Shown here: in pieces, positions 1-10,046 of the stretch
Position numbering within the stretch: position 1 is the stretch's first letter
Layout: every line of letters begins with the position of its first letter
Origin: a virus
Strand: one strand, 5' to 3'
Virus record (IMG/VR): IMGVR_UViG_3300025886_000013
DNA: 64,000 bases
Notes under the pieces: model-generated
Told to the model about the DNA's origin: nothing
What the model saw: only the letters and a program-made list of their open reading frames with translations
The model's database searches: none
Made by a program: the position numbers and the translations under genes

Positions 1-98
1 CCATGGGCTTACTTGATATTCAGCAACTGAGCCAAAGTGTGGTTTAGGCCACTTCATACTTGGCTGTGCGTTTGCTTTATCTCTATCGTAATATGACA

Positions 99-701
99 TT
101 ATTCATCCCATTTAAGAATACTATTAAATATTCTATCAATTTTATCTGTTTTGTTAAAGTTTTGATCAATTTCTTCTTGAGAAACTTCTTTTCCTTCGCG
201 GAGCATAAATGCGCCTGGGGTGCTTGGTTCTGATACCATGTCGAAACAGATAAGCTGAAAGTCTTCTTGTACTTCGTCGTTTCCGCCTCTTGAGCGAGTG
301 CTGCCTACGCCTCTTGAAGAGATGCCAACTGTTATTCCTGATTCGATAAGGCTCTGAAGAATCTGCCCTGAAGGTGTGTTTAATAATTCTATCTTTCCGT
401 AGACATCTTCGCCATCCATGTAGGCTTCTCTAACAACATGTGAGACGTTTTTAAGCTCAACAACAGATGATTCAGGGTGATCACATTCACCGAGAGCTCT
501 GTTTTCTCGGATAAGCTTCTGGTAGTTGTCAATCTCACGTGTCAGAATATCCATAGGATAGACACGCCCGTTTTGATTAAGTGTGTTAGCTCGCTGTATG
601 ACACCACTTAGTGTAATTGTCCCGTCTTCACTTCTGTTTTCATTAAGTGTTTTTTTATCGACAACTAGTGGTAGCCACTCAGTTAATAGTTTTTTGGTCA
701 T
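99..701 (-). CDS. gp21: Prohead core protein protease, T4 gp21-like
   Basis: NQNGRVYP, catalytic His motif GECDHP, Ser motif GISSRGVGS, FDMVSEPSTPGAFM; lies downstream of portal. Confidence 0.93.
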   Translation of the reverse strand: MTKKLLTEWLPLVVDKKTLNENRSEDGTITLSGVIQRANTLNQNGRVYPMDILTREIDNYQKLIRENRALGECDHPESSVVELKNVSHVVREAYMDGEDVYGKIELLNTPSGQILQSLIESGITVGISSRGVGSTRSRGGNDEVQEDFQLICFDMVSEPSTPGAFMLREGKEVSQEEIDQNFNKTDKIDRIFNSILKWDE

Positions 702-1549
702 TATTGTGCCTTCATCAATTCATTTTTAAGTGATGATACTTGCAAGAATCTTTCTATTGTAGAGTCTTGAATATCATCTGTGTTTAATGCTGTTATTTTG
801 TTTTTTACTTCTTCAACTTTCTCTAGAATAATGTCATTATCAGAAGTTTTTCGAAGCTCAGACATCATATTAAGCGTGTTTGATTTGATTTCTTCAAGAT
901 AACCTGTGAACTCTTTCATGTCATTGCTTTCAGCTGCAAATACATATTTTCTTAAGATGTCCTTTTGCTCATTTGTAAGTGTTGAAGAATACTTTTCATT
1001 CAGTTTCTCAGTCATTATCTTGATAACAAGCTTGTCTGTATCTTCTGCTTTTTGTTCTGAAAGAACCGGTTCGGCGTCTTTTACTTCGAGAAGTCTTTGT
1101 ATTAACTGTCCTTCGTACATGACCATTTTTGTAAGGTCAGATCTATCATCACTTCTCCAGCTATTGATAAGCGTCTGAATGGTTGCAAATGTCTTGTAGT
1201 CAGCAATTGATGCAGTGTAAAATGTTGACTCATTTATCTTGTGATTGATATCATGAATTAGTCTTCCTTTTTCACTGCTAAGCTTAGCGAAGTCTATTCT
1301 TTTTGCAGCTGCCTTTGATTCTTGTATTATGGCAGCAGCTATTGCACTATCATCTGCTGATGCGGTTGTGAGAGCCTTGAAGAGTCTAAACTCTTTAAAC
1401 AGTTCAGTGCTATGATCAAATCTCTTTTCGATAATATCAAGTGCAATTTGTGCTTCATCTTTTTTGTTTTCTACTAGTTTTGAAGATATATGCTTTAATA
1501 AAAGCTCATATACAATACCGACATTTCTTTTTTTGTTATGTTTTGCCAT
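701..1549 (-). CDS. Hypothetical helical protein between portal and prohead protease (possible prohead core/scaffold-associated)
   Basis: 282 aa ORF translationally coupled to gp21 (TAATG overlap at 699-703); function inferred only from position. Confidence 0.55.
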   Translation of the reverse strand: MAKHNKKRNVGIVYELLLKHISSKLVENKKDEAQIALDIIEKRFDHSTELFKEFRLFKALTTASADDSAIAAAIIQESKAAAKRIDFAKLSSEKGRLIHDINHKINESTFYTASIADYKTFATIQTLINSWRSDDRSDLTKMVMYEGQLIQRLLEVKDAEPVLSEQKAEDTDKLVIKIMTEKLNEKYSSTLTNEQKDILRKYVFAAESNDMKEFTGYLEEIKSNTLNMMSELRKTSDNDIILEKVEEVKNKITALNTDDIQDSTIERFLQVSSLKNELMKAQ

Positions 1550-1570
1550 TTTGGTTTCCGTTTAAATTAA

Positions 1571-3556
1571 TTATTCTTTGTTGTCTTTACTTACTTTTAG
1601 ACCATCAAATGATTTAAGGATTGATTTAATCTCAGATGTCATTTTTGCATTTTCATTAAGCTTGTCGTCAATATAGTTGTTAAAGCTAAAATCTTCTTTT
1701 TCTTCCATTATCATTGGCTTAGGAGGCTTCATAGCATTTACTGCTGTCTTTAAAGTCCTACCTGGTTTTGAACCATACGGGTTAGCAATAGAGTCCTGGT
1801 CTTGCTTTCCATACCTATGTTTTCTAACGTTAGGTCCATACCTGTTTACATTGGTTGCCCTTGGTCTGTGATCAATCTTGTTATTCGCAGTTACAGGCAG
1901 TTTATGCCCATGCTTGTTTACTCTGTATTTTTTTTCTTTTTTAGGGCCAGAAGTGTCATCTTTTATTGATTCTCCTGCAGTTGTTCTGTTGACTTTATCT
2001 TGTGCTCGAAGAGGAGCATCTTCATCTGTAATAGAGGGCATTACGTCTTCGTCTGAGTCATTTAACATGTCACCCTGAAGTGGTTGAGTCTCCATCATTG
2101 GTTCTTCTTGTGGTGGCGGGCCACCCAGATCGACGCCGGCACCAGCGTCATTTGACGAAACTACACTTTCTACGTCAAGATCACTTAGTCTGTCATTTAT
2201 TCTTCCCTCTTCTATTCCATTGATCTCTTCGTCAGTCATCTTAAATATATTTTTTCGAATCCATTCACGATCAACAAGGCCTTCTGGGACCTGACCTGCG
2301 ATTTCAAATCTTGTTCTAAATAGTTCTAGTTTTTGCTGCTGAGCAATAGTAGATGGATTTGAAAGACTTAATTTAAAGTCAATAAGATCCTCTCCGTCGA
2401 AACCATTTGCATAAAGATGAATAACAGCTAGCTTATTAAGCTCTGAAACTACTGTTCTTTGAATCCTAGCAATTGATCTAGAGAATCTTACATCTTCTTG
2501 AGATAGAGTTGCCTTAGCTCCCAGGCCATCGTCGTATCCTAGATAAGCCTTGGGAATCTTGAGTGCAGCAAATAGTTTCTTTTGAATATACTCAACATCT
2601 TCTATTGCAGTAGTGTTTGCTCCACCAGCGAGCGTAGAGATGTCTGTTCCAGTATCTGATCCACGAACAGGAAGATAATAATCTTCATCTACTGACATTG
2701 GGTTATATCTAAGGTCTACTCTACCAGTTGATGAATCTACTACTTGATTGCGTTTTAGAGAGGTCTGAACTTGTTCCATGTAGTTTGCGATATCTTCAGG
2801 AGGAACGTTACCTACATCAATTTTAAAGACTCTTCTCTCAGGAGATCTAACGACCCTGTAGACGAGCATTGCATCTTCAATAAGAATTAACTGACGCCAG
2901 ATACGTCTGGCTGGTTCAAGAACAGATGATCCGTATGGCAAGAAGGCATCGTTTCCAAGCAATCTAAAGTGTGATATCTGCCAGTTCTCTAAGACTTGAT
3001 TTCCTTGAGTTACCCATCTAAATCTTACAGCCATTGGGTCTTCTGGGTCGTATCCTTCCTCTCTTTCTATTTCATTTACAGGAATAGGAAAGGCATTTAC
3101 TACGCCATGATCAGGTGATACGTCATTAAAGAGGAAAAAGTCGCCGTATTTAACGAGGTTTCTAACCCATGCTGTAAGATTAAATTCAATATTAAGAGTG
3201 TCAATAAATAGTTCTTCTAATAGCTCTTGTACTTTTGGGTTCTCTGAATGTATGTGAAGAACTGTTCCTGCCTCGTCTGATGCTACTGTTTCTTCTGAGT
3301 ATATATCAAGCGCTGATGATAGCTCAGGAGTATATTCCATCTCGCTGAAATCGGCCGTTCTTGCCATTCTATCATAAGATCCATAAGCAGACATTGCCGT
3401 ATTATATACGCCGCTACTTGACTTTCTAAACATCTCATATGCTGATGAGTTGTTTGCTTGATTTGATGAATTCTTTATTCGTCTCTTTACTACTGGACCA
3501 CTTCTAAATAATCTAGTTAAATCGCCGAAAAGACTTGTATTTTTTTTATCTGCCAT
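1571..3556 (-). CDS. gp20: Portal vertex protein, T4 gp20-like, with long low-complexity C-terminal tail
   Basis: PERRVFKIDVGN, EDYYLPVRG, IEDVEYIQKKLFAALKIPKAYL, QEDVRFSRSIARIQ; between terminase and protease. Confidence 0.93.
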   Translation of the reverse strand: MADKKNTSLFGDLTRLFRSGPVVKRRIKNSSNQANNSSAYEMFRKSSSGVYNTAMSAYGSYDRMARTADFSEMEYTPELSSALDIYSEETVASDEAGTVLHIHSENPKVQELLEELFIDTLNIEFNLTAWVRNLVKYGDFFLFNDVSPDHGVVNAFPIPVNEIEREEGYDPEDPMAVRFRWVTQGNQVLENWQISHFRLLGNDAFLPYGSSVLEPARRIWRQLILIEDAMLVYRVVRSPERRVFKIDVGNVPPEDIANYMEQVQTSLKRNQVVDSSTGRVDLRYNPMSVDEDYYLPVRGSDTGTDISTLAGGANTTAIEDVEYIQKKLFAALKIPKAYLGYDDGLGAKATLSQEDVRFSRSIARIQRTVVSELNKLAVIHLYANGFDGEDLIDFKLSLSNPSTIAQQQKLELFRTRFEIAGQVPEGLVDREWIRKNIFKMTDEEINGIEEGRINDRLSDLDVESVVSSNDAGAGVDLGGPPPQEEPMMETQPLQGDMLNDSDEDVMPSITDEDAPLRAQDKVNRTTAGESIKDDTSGPKKEKKYRVNKHGHKLPVTANNKIDHRPRATNVNRYGPNVRKHRYGKQDQDSIANPYGSKPGRTLKTAVNAMKPPKPMIMEEKEDFSFNNYIDDKLNENAKMTSEIKSILKSFDGLKVSKDNKE

Positions 3557-3651
3557 TATTAACCTACAAAAGTATTATGCTAAAGCACTTTTATTTTCTA
3601 CAGTGTGTATTAAATATAGTGTATTCTAATATTTATCGTTCAAAATGTTTA

Positions 3652-5262
3652 TTATTTCTTAAACATCCAATCAAACATTGGATCTATTCTACCTTGTCTT
3701 GTTGAAAAAGCTGTTCCATCTGTATAGATCCCATTCTGTTTTATTGGTATGATTTTTGTATTGCTCATTTTTGTTTCAATTCTATTTGAATCATGACGTG
3801 TTGATGTCTTTTTTATACTCGCAAGCATAGCATCATTTATTGTTGAAGCTTTTGCTCCGCCGTCTGATGACCCGTCATATAACCATATTCCTATTGCTAA
3901 GCTCATTATTAGATCGTCATTGTAGCCTTTTAGTGCCTGAGCTTTGTTTCCTTTCCATGCGAATGTTTTCATCTCAGCATAGAATCTTGAAGAATAAATT
4001 ATAATATTTTTATTTCGTATAGTTTCTTCTAGTTTTGTCAATATCTGTGGTCTTGTTTTTCCAGATGTTGTGAAACCAGCTATTGAAGAGTCTTGAGTAG
4101 GAACGTAATCTCCGATGAAGACACCTTTTCTATTTCTATAGTACATGTTAGGGTACTTCAAATCTTGTAGCTTTAGAATAGTGGCATATCCATAACTGTT
4201 GTTCTCAGGACACATTAAAGCGTTGTTGTATTTTTTTCCATACACAGACAATAGTTCACCATACCTGTCAGGTGGTATTTTGCCTTGGTATTCAGCGACG
4301 ACCTCTCCAGTGTCTACATCGATAACATGAAACGTAGAAAAGTCTTTTGAGTCACCTCTTGCTACGTCTGCCGAAAGTATGTATTTGTGCTCACTAAGAG
4401 GTTGTTTCCAGATCCACACATTTAACTGTGGCCCTTCACGCTCTAATGGTTTCTTTACAGTTGTATTTACCCACTCGATATCATCATCTGCCAAGAAAAC
4501 AGCACCAGATGATGCGAAGTCGCAGAGATACTCTTGAGCAGTCTGACGTTTTGACAAGTTGTTTGTTGTCATCTTGAACCATTCATCGTCATGTTCAGGA
4601 TGTACGTCCCATGGTAGGTTTATTGCTTTAAAATCGTTTTCGCCCGTCTTCGCGTCTGTGTAAAGCTTATGAAACTGTCCGCCTACACCGTTCGGAGTTG
4701 ACAAGATTACTGCTCGCCCACCAGTTGTAAGCGTAGGATATAGACCCGTCCATAGAGTATCAAAGTTGTGAATGAAGGCTGCCTCGTCAATAATAAGCAA
4801 AGAAAGTGCTTCAGAACGACCTGCGTCATCTGATGTTGGGACTGCCTTTATTGAAGAACCATTTGAAAACTCAATTGTCTGTTTGTTGTCAGAGACGATA
4901 TCAGGTAAGACCAACCAACTTGGTAGCCCCTTGATCATCATTTTAGTCTTTTTGGTGAAGTTCTGAGCAACTGCTAGCTTAGTTGCAATAACCAATATGT
5001 TTTTGTCTTTTTGAAACAACGAGAGCCAAACAGAGTATGCTGCTGTTAATGTAGATAGCCCAAGCTGTCTTGATTTGTTTACTATTACAAATCTGTTATC
5101 TATGAATTCTTGAGTGCAGTCATCCTGAAATGGGAAAGTCTTGAACGGGATCCTTCCTTTAACGGGGTGTTGAATATTGATATATTTATTGAAAAAATAA
5201 ACTGGATCTTTACCGCATTTTATTATTTCTTTTATTTGTCGTGCTTTTTGTATAGTAGCCAT
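3652..5262 (-). CDS. terL: Terminase large subunit, T4 gp17-like
   Basis: KSRQLGLST (Walker A region), LLIIDEAAF (Walker B), LSTPNG, nuclease motifs ADVARGDSKDFS, PENNSYG, DDLIMSLAI. Confidence 0.95.
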   Translation of the reverse strand: MATIQKARQIKEIIKCGKDPVYFFNKYINIQHPVKGRIPFKTFPFQDDCTQEFIDNRFVIVNKSRQLGLSTLTAAYSVWLSLFQKDKNILVIATKLAVAQNFTKKTKMMIKGLPSWLVLPDIVSDNKQTIEFSNGSSIKAVPTSDDAGRSEALSLLIIDEAAFIHNFDTLWTGLYPTLTTGGRAVILSTPNGVGGQFHKLYTDAKTGENDFKAINLPWDVHPEHDDEWFKMTTNNLSKRQTAQEYLCDFASSGAVFLADDDIEWVNTTVKKPLEREGPQLNVWIWKQPLSEHKYILSADVARGDSKDFSTFHVIDVDTGEVVAEYQGKIPPDRYGELLSVYGKKYNNALMCPENNSYGYATILKLQDLKYPNMYYRNRKGVFIGDYVPTQDSSIAGFTTSGKTRPQILTKLEETIRNKNIIIYSSRFYAEMKTFAWKGNKAQALKGYNDDLIMSLAIGIWLYDGSSDGGAKASTINDAMLASIKKTSTRHDSNRIETKMSNTKIIPIKQNGIYTDGTAFSTRQGRIDPMFDWMFKK

Positions 5263-5270
5263 TAGGGCTC

Positions 5271-5657
5271 TTAGTTTGTTATTTCAAATACTGTAATTCT
5301 CTTACAATATACAGTTCGTGCTGAACTAATGTAAGATTGTATTCCAATTACCTCAAAATCAGTCATTGATGACTGCTCTTTTACTTTTAGTGTAGTTCCG
5401 GAGGCTTCTTTAAAGTCTTTCTTTGTGTTTTTCATAAAGTCGTTAGTTAGCTGAGCTGACTCACTATCAAAACCTTTTGTTTGTTCCCACTGATCTTGCT
5501 CTGATGCGAACTTTCTAATTGTTGCATACGTTACTGTCAACATTTCGCCTTGAAGCTTTGTCTTGAATGAAGCTGTTGCTGATTCTGTTGTTGAACTACG
5601 CCCAAATGTAGTGTCTAGTATTTGCCCGAGGGCTCTAACTTGCTCTTGTGATAACAT
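5271..5657 (-). CDS. Hypothetical protein
   Basis: 128 aa ORF with AGGA Shine-Dalgarno and upstream TATTTATA motif; no family recognised. Confidence 0.6.
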   Translation of the reverse strand: MLSQEQVRALGQILDTTFGRSSTTESATASFKTKLQGEMLTVTYATIRKFASEQDQWEQTKGFDSESAQLTNDFMKNTKKDFKEASGTTLKVKEQSSMTDFEVIGIQSYISSARTVYCKRITVFEITN

Positions 5658-5675
5658 TTTATATCCTGTATTTGT

Positions 5676-5683
5676 TATAAATA
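5676..5683 (-). promoter_or_regulatory. Putative late promoter motif TATTTATA
   Basis: Exact 8-mer 18 nt upstream of ATG at 5657, heading the hypothetical-terminase-portal-protease run. Confidence 0.55.
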
Positions 5684-5685
5684 TA

Positions 5686-5958
5686 TTAAAGAATGAATTT
5701 ACTACTCACTATTACTCTTAATTCTTTATCTTTGTCTATTATACTTTGTTCTGGTCGTTCGCCGTTTGACCATTTTTCTTTATCTTGATATGCCCACATA
5801 GTTGAACAGCGACTGCAACACTGGAACGCTCTGTATGAAGTGTCATCTTCAGCCATAAGCATCGGAAGACAACAAACATCACAAAAGAGCGGAACATGAT
5901 CAGAGTCATTGTCATCTATGATTATTGAATACATCTCTTTTGTAATTTTTTTGTGCAT
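5686..5958 (-). CDS. Small Cys-rich (putative zinc-binding) hypothetical protein
   Basis: CDVCC and CCSRC motifs; TATAAT 7 nt upstream of ATG. Confidence 0.55.
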   Translation of the reverse strand: MHKKITKEMYSIIIDDNDSDHVPLFCDVCCLPMLMAEDDTSYRAFQCCSRCSTMWAYQDKEKWSNGERPEQSIIDKDKELRVIVSSKFIL

Positions 5959-6004
5959 AGTTGTTATTATACTATTTAATATTGTGCTTGTATTCTATAT
6001 GTAG

Positions 6005-6025
6005 AAGAGCTTGTTTCAAGCTCTT
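6005..6025 (-). terminator. Perfect 9-bp hairpin downstream of the Mre11-Rad50 gene (terminator or RNA stabiliser)
   Basis: AAGAGCTTG-TTT-CAAGCTCTT; weak U-tract. Confidence 0.45.
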
Positions 6026-6037
6026 GTAACAAGATTT

Positions 6038-9000
6038 TTATGAATGTGACACATGTGAGTTATTTTTATCACTAGTAATTTCAATAATATTATCAACGAT
6101 ATCTTTTACTGCGTCAACATGAGATATAATCAATATATTTTTGAAGTATTGCTTAAGAGAAGTTAATAGTCTACCACATATCTCTACATTTAATTCATCA
6201 AGAGAGCCAAAACCTTCATCAATAATAAGCATATTTGTTTTTGGAAGTGATGATACATTAATTAACGCAACCCTGATGGCGAGTGAAGCTATCATTTTTT
6301 CCATACCAGAGGCTAGCTCTATTACTCTCTTGGAATCACCATAGTTAATGAAGATATCCATTGCGTTTGTATTTGGATCAGCCTCTAGTTGAACTGTGAA
6401 GCCTATAGTATTTTGTAGAATTTTTGTTATTTCATTGTTAATATTAGGCAATTGACTCATAATGATCTGTAAAGGTATACCTTTCTTAGATACAGCGTTA
6501 ATAAAGAGTTTGTAGATTTCCCACTTGCTCTTAAGCTCTCTATATTTTTCACGTTCAGAGTTTAGTGATGATATTTTTGTCTCTATTCTGCCTATGTTTT
6601 GAGCAGATAACATTCTTTTTGAGTCTATATCATTAATTTCTGTATTAAGTGATGATATTTTAAACTTTAATGATTTTGTCTCATCACTTGAACTAGATGT
6701 CTTACATTCTCTCTTTAGCTTCTCAAGTAGAGCCGTTGCCTGTGTCAGATGTTCCTCTGATGTTGACATCTCTAATATTTTTGTTGTGAGACAAGCCTTC
6801 TCTTTTGCTATCTCTACTCTATTTTTAGACTCTTTTCTTAATACTTCATTATATTTTTCTAATTTCTCTTCTAGTTTTTTAGATACAAAATCATTATGTG
6901 AACGTTGAGTCGTATCAAGGATCTTTTGTAGTTCAGCAACAAAGTCTATCTGTTCTTGTAATGTATTTTTATCATCAAAAGAATCTTTTATGAATTTACA
7001 AGTTGGAAAAGAATCACCACAAGGTACTTCTGAAAGTTTGTTTATTGATTTTTCTTTTCTTCTTAGTATTTCATTTTGATGCTTTAACTCGCCAGATAAT
7101 TGAAGAAGTGTTTTTTCATTTTCAGACATTTCTTTTATCTGTAAGCTTAGTTGTTCATATGGAAAGCTCTCTTTGAAAGACTCTATCTTGTCAATTTTTG
7201 TCTGGATCGCTTTAATTACATTGTTTCTATCATCAATTATTTCACTAATTCTTTTTATTTTTTCTTCAAGATTAGTTACTCTAGATTTCTGATTGTCTAC
7301 ATCGATCTGTGTCACTACGTCGGCATCATCTAGTTTGCTTAGTTCAATTTGCAACGTTTGTAAATTTTGTCTTTTTTTAGATAGCTCTGATTCAAGCTTT
7401 AAAATTGACGCGCTTTCCTCTTCAAGATCTGTATTTAAACTATAGATGACTACATCCCAGTCTCTGTCTGGGACGTCTTTCATGAGTGTGTTTACTTCGT
7501 CTAGTTCTGTTTTAGCAAACTTTTGCATACTTTCGAAGATATCTAGATCGAGAAACTTTGTAAGAATCATCTTTCTTCTTGTTGCTTTCTCTCCGATGAA
7601 TTTATTCATTCCACCTTGTGATGCAAGTGACGTCATAAGAAAGTCTTCTGAGGTGCCTATTAGATTTCGTAGAATAGTCTCAGTCTCACGACGTTGCTCT
7701 CCGTCCATGTCTTTTGAAACGTTGCCTGTGGCGTCCACTAGATCAAGAGTAAGATCTGTTCGTGCTGTGACTTCTCCTTTCTTGTTTTCATTCTTTTTAG
7801 CTGTTCTAGTTGTTTGATACCTTTTTCCGTTTACTGAAAATTGTGTGGTTACATCGCAATATCCTTTTCTTGAATTTATAATATGCACATTCTTTACAGG
7901 GCCACGATCTGTAGTATTAAACAACCCAAACATCATTGTCCCGATAATAGAAGACTTTCCTGATCTATTTGGGCCGAAAATTCCAGTTATTCCATTAAGT
8001 TTATCAAAATTGATTGAGTTATCTTTTCCATATGAAAAAGTATTATTGAAATCAATAGAATGAATGTTCCATTTAGCATTTCTAGATACTTCGTCTGATT
8101 TTGATATCGAAGATAGCGAACGCTTTATTATTTTGTCTAAGCTTGTTATTTTTTCTTCATCAAGATTTGAGTTCTTATAAAACTTTTTAAATAGCTTTGA
8201 ATGAACAGCTGCATCACGTAAGTTGTAAGACGTAGGTGAATCTCCGTCTATTATCTGTGGTGCCTCAAAGTCTTCTTCAATTTTGTAGACAATCTCAGCT
8301 GCTTCTTTTTCATGTTTTAGTTCAGAGTGAAGCTGAATAATGTCTGATTGTGGGATAGATTTATCACTTCTAATTCTAAATCTTGATCCATTTGGAAAGC
8401 TTCTTGCGATAGTTAATGTGTCTTTTACACTGTCTTTCCAGTCAATTGTCACAAATGGGCGTGTGTGCTCTAATTCATAATACTTTACGCTAAAGTCATC
8501 TTTATCCTTGATGTCCCAGACTAAAAACCCTTTTCCTGTATTTTCACCATAGTTTTGCTGGATCAATGAACCAGGATACCTGACCCTACCATAGTTATCT
8601 ACAATTTGTCGCTGGTGAATGTCTGCTAATAGAGAGAAATCAAACCTATCAAAAAACGATATATCTACTTCACCTTCAATTGTCCAATCTGTGTCTGTTT
8701 TTGATCCACGAACTGCACCATGAAATAGAGCAATATTTATTTTATCTTCTACAGGCTCTATGTCGCCCCAGCCTTCCTCGTCGAAGCATGAAAAGTTATT
8801 CCATACAAACTTGTCTTCATAACCCGCTACTGGGAAGTTTCCTGAACGTTTGTAAAGATATATGTTTGGATTGTTTAACGCGTTCACTATTGGAGTTATT
8901 GCGTCTTGTCTATCTTTGTTTTTAATCAAACCATCATGGTTGCCCAGGATTAGGTGTGTTGGTGCTATCTCGGCAAGTGATGTAAACCACCATTGGATTA

Positions 9001-9178
9001 AATCAATAAGCTCTGGGGATATACCTTGTGTCTTAGAGTGAACAATATCACCACCTATATAAATTATATCTGGTTTGATCTCTCTTGCCATTTCATTCAT
9101 TTTTTCAAATGATGCTCTGTATTCTTTGTGCCTGCTCAGCCCACGAATGTGTATATCACCTGTGTGTAATATTTTCAT
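6038..9178 (-). CDS. Fused Mre11/SbcD nuclease - Rad50/SbcC ABC-ATPase (T4 gp47-gp46 fusion)
   Basis: Phosphoesterase motifs GDIH, GGDIVH, GNHD, ADIH; Walker A GPNRSGKS, signature ASGMEK, Walker B IIDEGFGSLD, H-loop ISH; central coiled coil. Confidence 0.92.
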   Translation of the reverse strand: MKILHTGDIHIRGLSRHKEYRASFEKMNEMAREIKPDIIYIGGDIVHSKTQGISPELIDLIQWWFTSLAEIAPTHLILGNHDGLIKNKDRQDAITPIVNALNNPNIYLYKRSGNFPVAGYEDKFVWNNFSCFDEEGWGDIEPVEDKINIALFHGAVRGSKTDTDWTIEGEVDISFFDRFDFSLLADIHQRQIVDNYGRVRYPGSLIQQNYGENTGKGFLVWDIKDKDDFSVKYYELEHTRPFVTIDWKDSVKDTLTIARSFPNGSRFRIRSDKSIPQSDIIQLHSELKHEKEAAEIVYKIEEDFEAPQIIDGDSPTSYNLRDAAVHSKLFKKFYKNSNLDEEKITSLDKIIKRSLSSISKSDEVSRNAKWNIHSIDFNNTFSYGKDNSINFDKLNGITGIFGPNRSGKSSIIGTMMFGLFNTTDRGPVKNVHIINSRKGYCDVTTQFSVNGKRYQTTRTAKKNENKKGEVTARTDLTLDLVDATGNVSKDMDGEQRRETETILRNLIGTSEDFLMTSLASQGGMNKFIGEKATRRKMILTKFLDLDIFESMQKFAKTELDEVNTLMKDVPDRDWDVVIYSLNTDLEEESASILKLESELSKKRQNLQTLQIELSKLDDADVVTQIDVDNQKSRVTNLEEKIKRISEIIDDRNNVIKAIQTKIDKIESFKESFPYEQLSLQIKEMSENEKTLLQLSGELKHQNEILRRKEKSINKLSEVPCGDSFPTCKFIKDSFDDKNTLQEQIDFVAELQKILDTTQRSHNDFVSKKLEEKLEKYNEVLRKESKNRVEIAKEKACLTTKILEMSTSEEHLTQATALLEKLKRECKTSSSSDETKSLKFKISSLNTEINDIDSKRMLSAQNIGRIETKISSLNSEREKYRELKSKWEIYKLFINAVSKKGIPLQIIMSQLPNINNEITKILQNTIGFTVQLEADPNTNAMDIFINYGDSKRVIELASGMEKMIASLAIRVALINVSSLPKTNMLIIDEGFGSLDELNVEICGRLLTSLKQYFKNILIISHVDAVKDIVDNIIEITSDKNNSHVSHS

Positions 9179-10038
9179 TATATTGTCCTTCTTTGTGTAG
9201 AAAATGAGTCCACTGTACTACTAATAACTTTCTTCTTTGCTTTTTTTCCAATTGTTATTACTACTAGTGCTGTAAATTGCCTATCATTGTTTGACGTCAC
9301 TGAATTGAACGGCTTGTTCTTTTTTAATTTTATGAATCTTGGAGATGTTATTTTCTCTCCGGTTGCATTACCTTGTATTGTCACTACTGCTCTTTTGTTG
9401 TTCTTTACTATGTAAATCAATTTTCTATTTATGTTTTCATCTTCAACTGTTATATTACAGACTTTTTTTAGATTGCCATTAATTAACTGAAAACACCTGA
9501 AATGTGTTTTGTTGTCGTTTACAAACAGCGACTTTATTATTACATCATGTCTGTTGTTGTTTAATGTAAACCAATCACCAAAATACTCACTAGAGTTTTG
9601 TTTTGATATCTTATATGTTGATTCACATGGTTTTATAATAAAATTGTTAATATCAGTTATATCTTTTAATTTAACAAATTCTTGAACGTTTATCGTCTCT
9701 TTGTGTTTATTAATATACTCTAGTCTTTCACTCAGTGGTTTAACATAAACTGTCTCTTCGTCATAGACCAGAGAGTCTATTACTGTAATAACATTGTCTT
9801 GTGATACAATAGAAAGATAAGCTGTATTGTTTGGAACTTCTTCAGGCATATCAGGAATGTTCTTAAAGTTTATTCCTATTCTTGTCTTGAAAAAAGACTT
9901 ATTGTCAAATTTATAAAAGACGCCAAGTGTTCCAGATAGTTTTCTTTGCAATAAAATATCATCTTCGCTGTATATTTTTAATAATTCGCTTATGTCATTT
10001 ATTTTTTGTGTTCTCATTAGAGAAAAGTTGTCAAACAT
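9178..10038 (-). CDS. Highly divergent ATP-dependent DNA ligase-like protein (nucleotidyltransferase + OB fold), probably inactive or repurposed
   Basis: QRKLSG (motif I KxDG variant), VIDSLVYDEETVYVKPLSERLEY (IIIa region), FIIKPCESTY..WF (IV/V region), C-terminal VVTIQG..ITSPRFIKLKKNK. Confidence 0.6.
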   Translation of the reverse strand: MFDNFSLMRTQKINDISELLKIYSEDDILLQRKLSGTLGVFYKFDNKSFFKTRIGINFKNIPDMPEEVPNNTAYLSIVSQDNVITVIDSLVYDEETVYVKPLSERLEYINKHKETINVQEFVKLKDITDINNFIIKPCESTYKISKQNSSEYFGDWFTLNNNRHDVIIKSLFVNDNKTHFRCFQLINGNLKKVCNITVEDENINRKLIYIVKNNKRAVVTIQGNATGEKITSPRFIKLKKNKPFNSVTSNNDRQFTALVVITIGKKAKKKVISSTVDSFSTQRRTI

Positions 10039-10046
10039 TTTATTCC

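Noticed and set aside
3652-9178. Inteins or group I introns in terminase or Mre11-Rad50
   Set aside because: Motif spacing and lengths are continuous; no Cys/Ser..His-Asn splice motifs or LAGLIDADG blocks seen.
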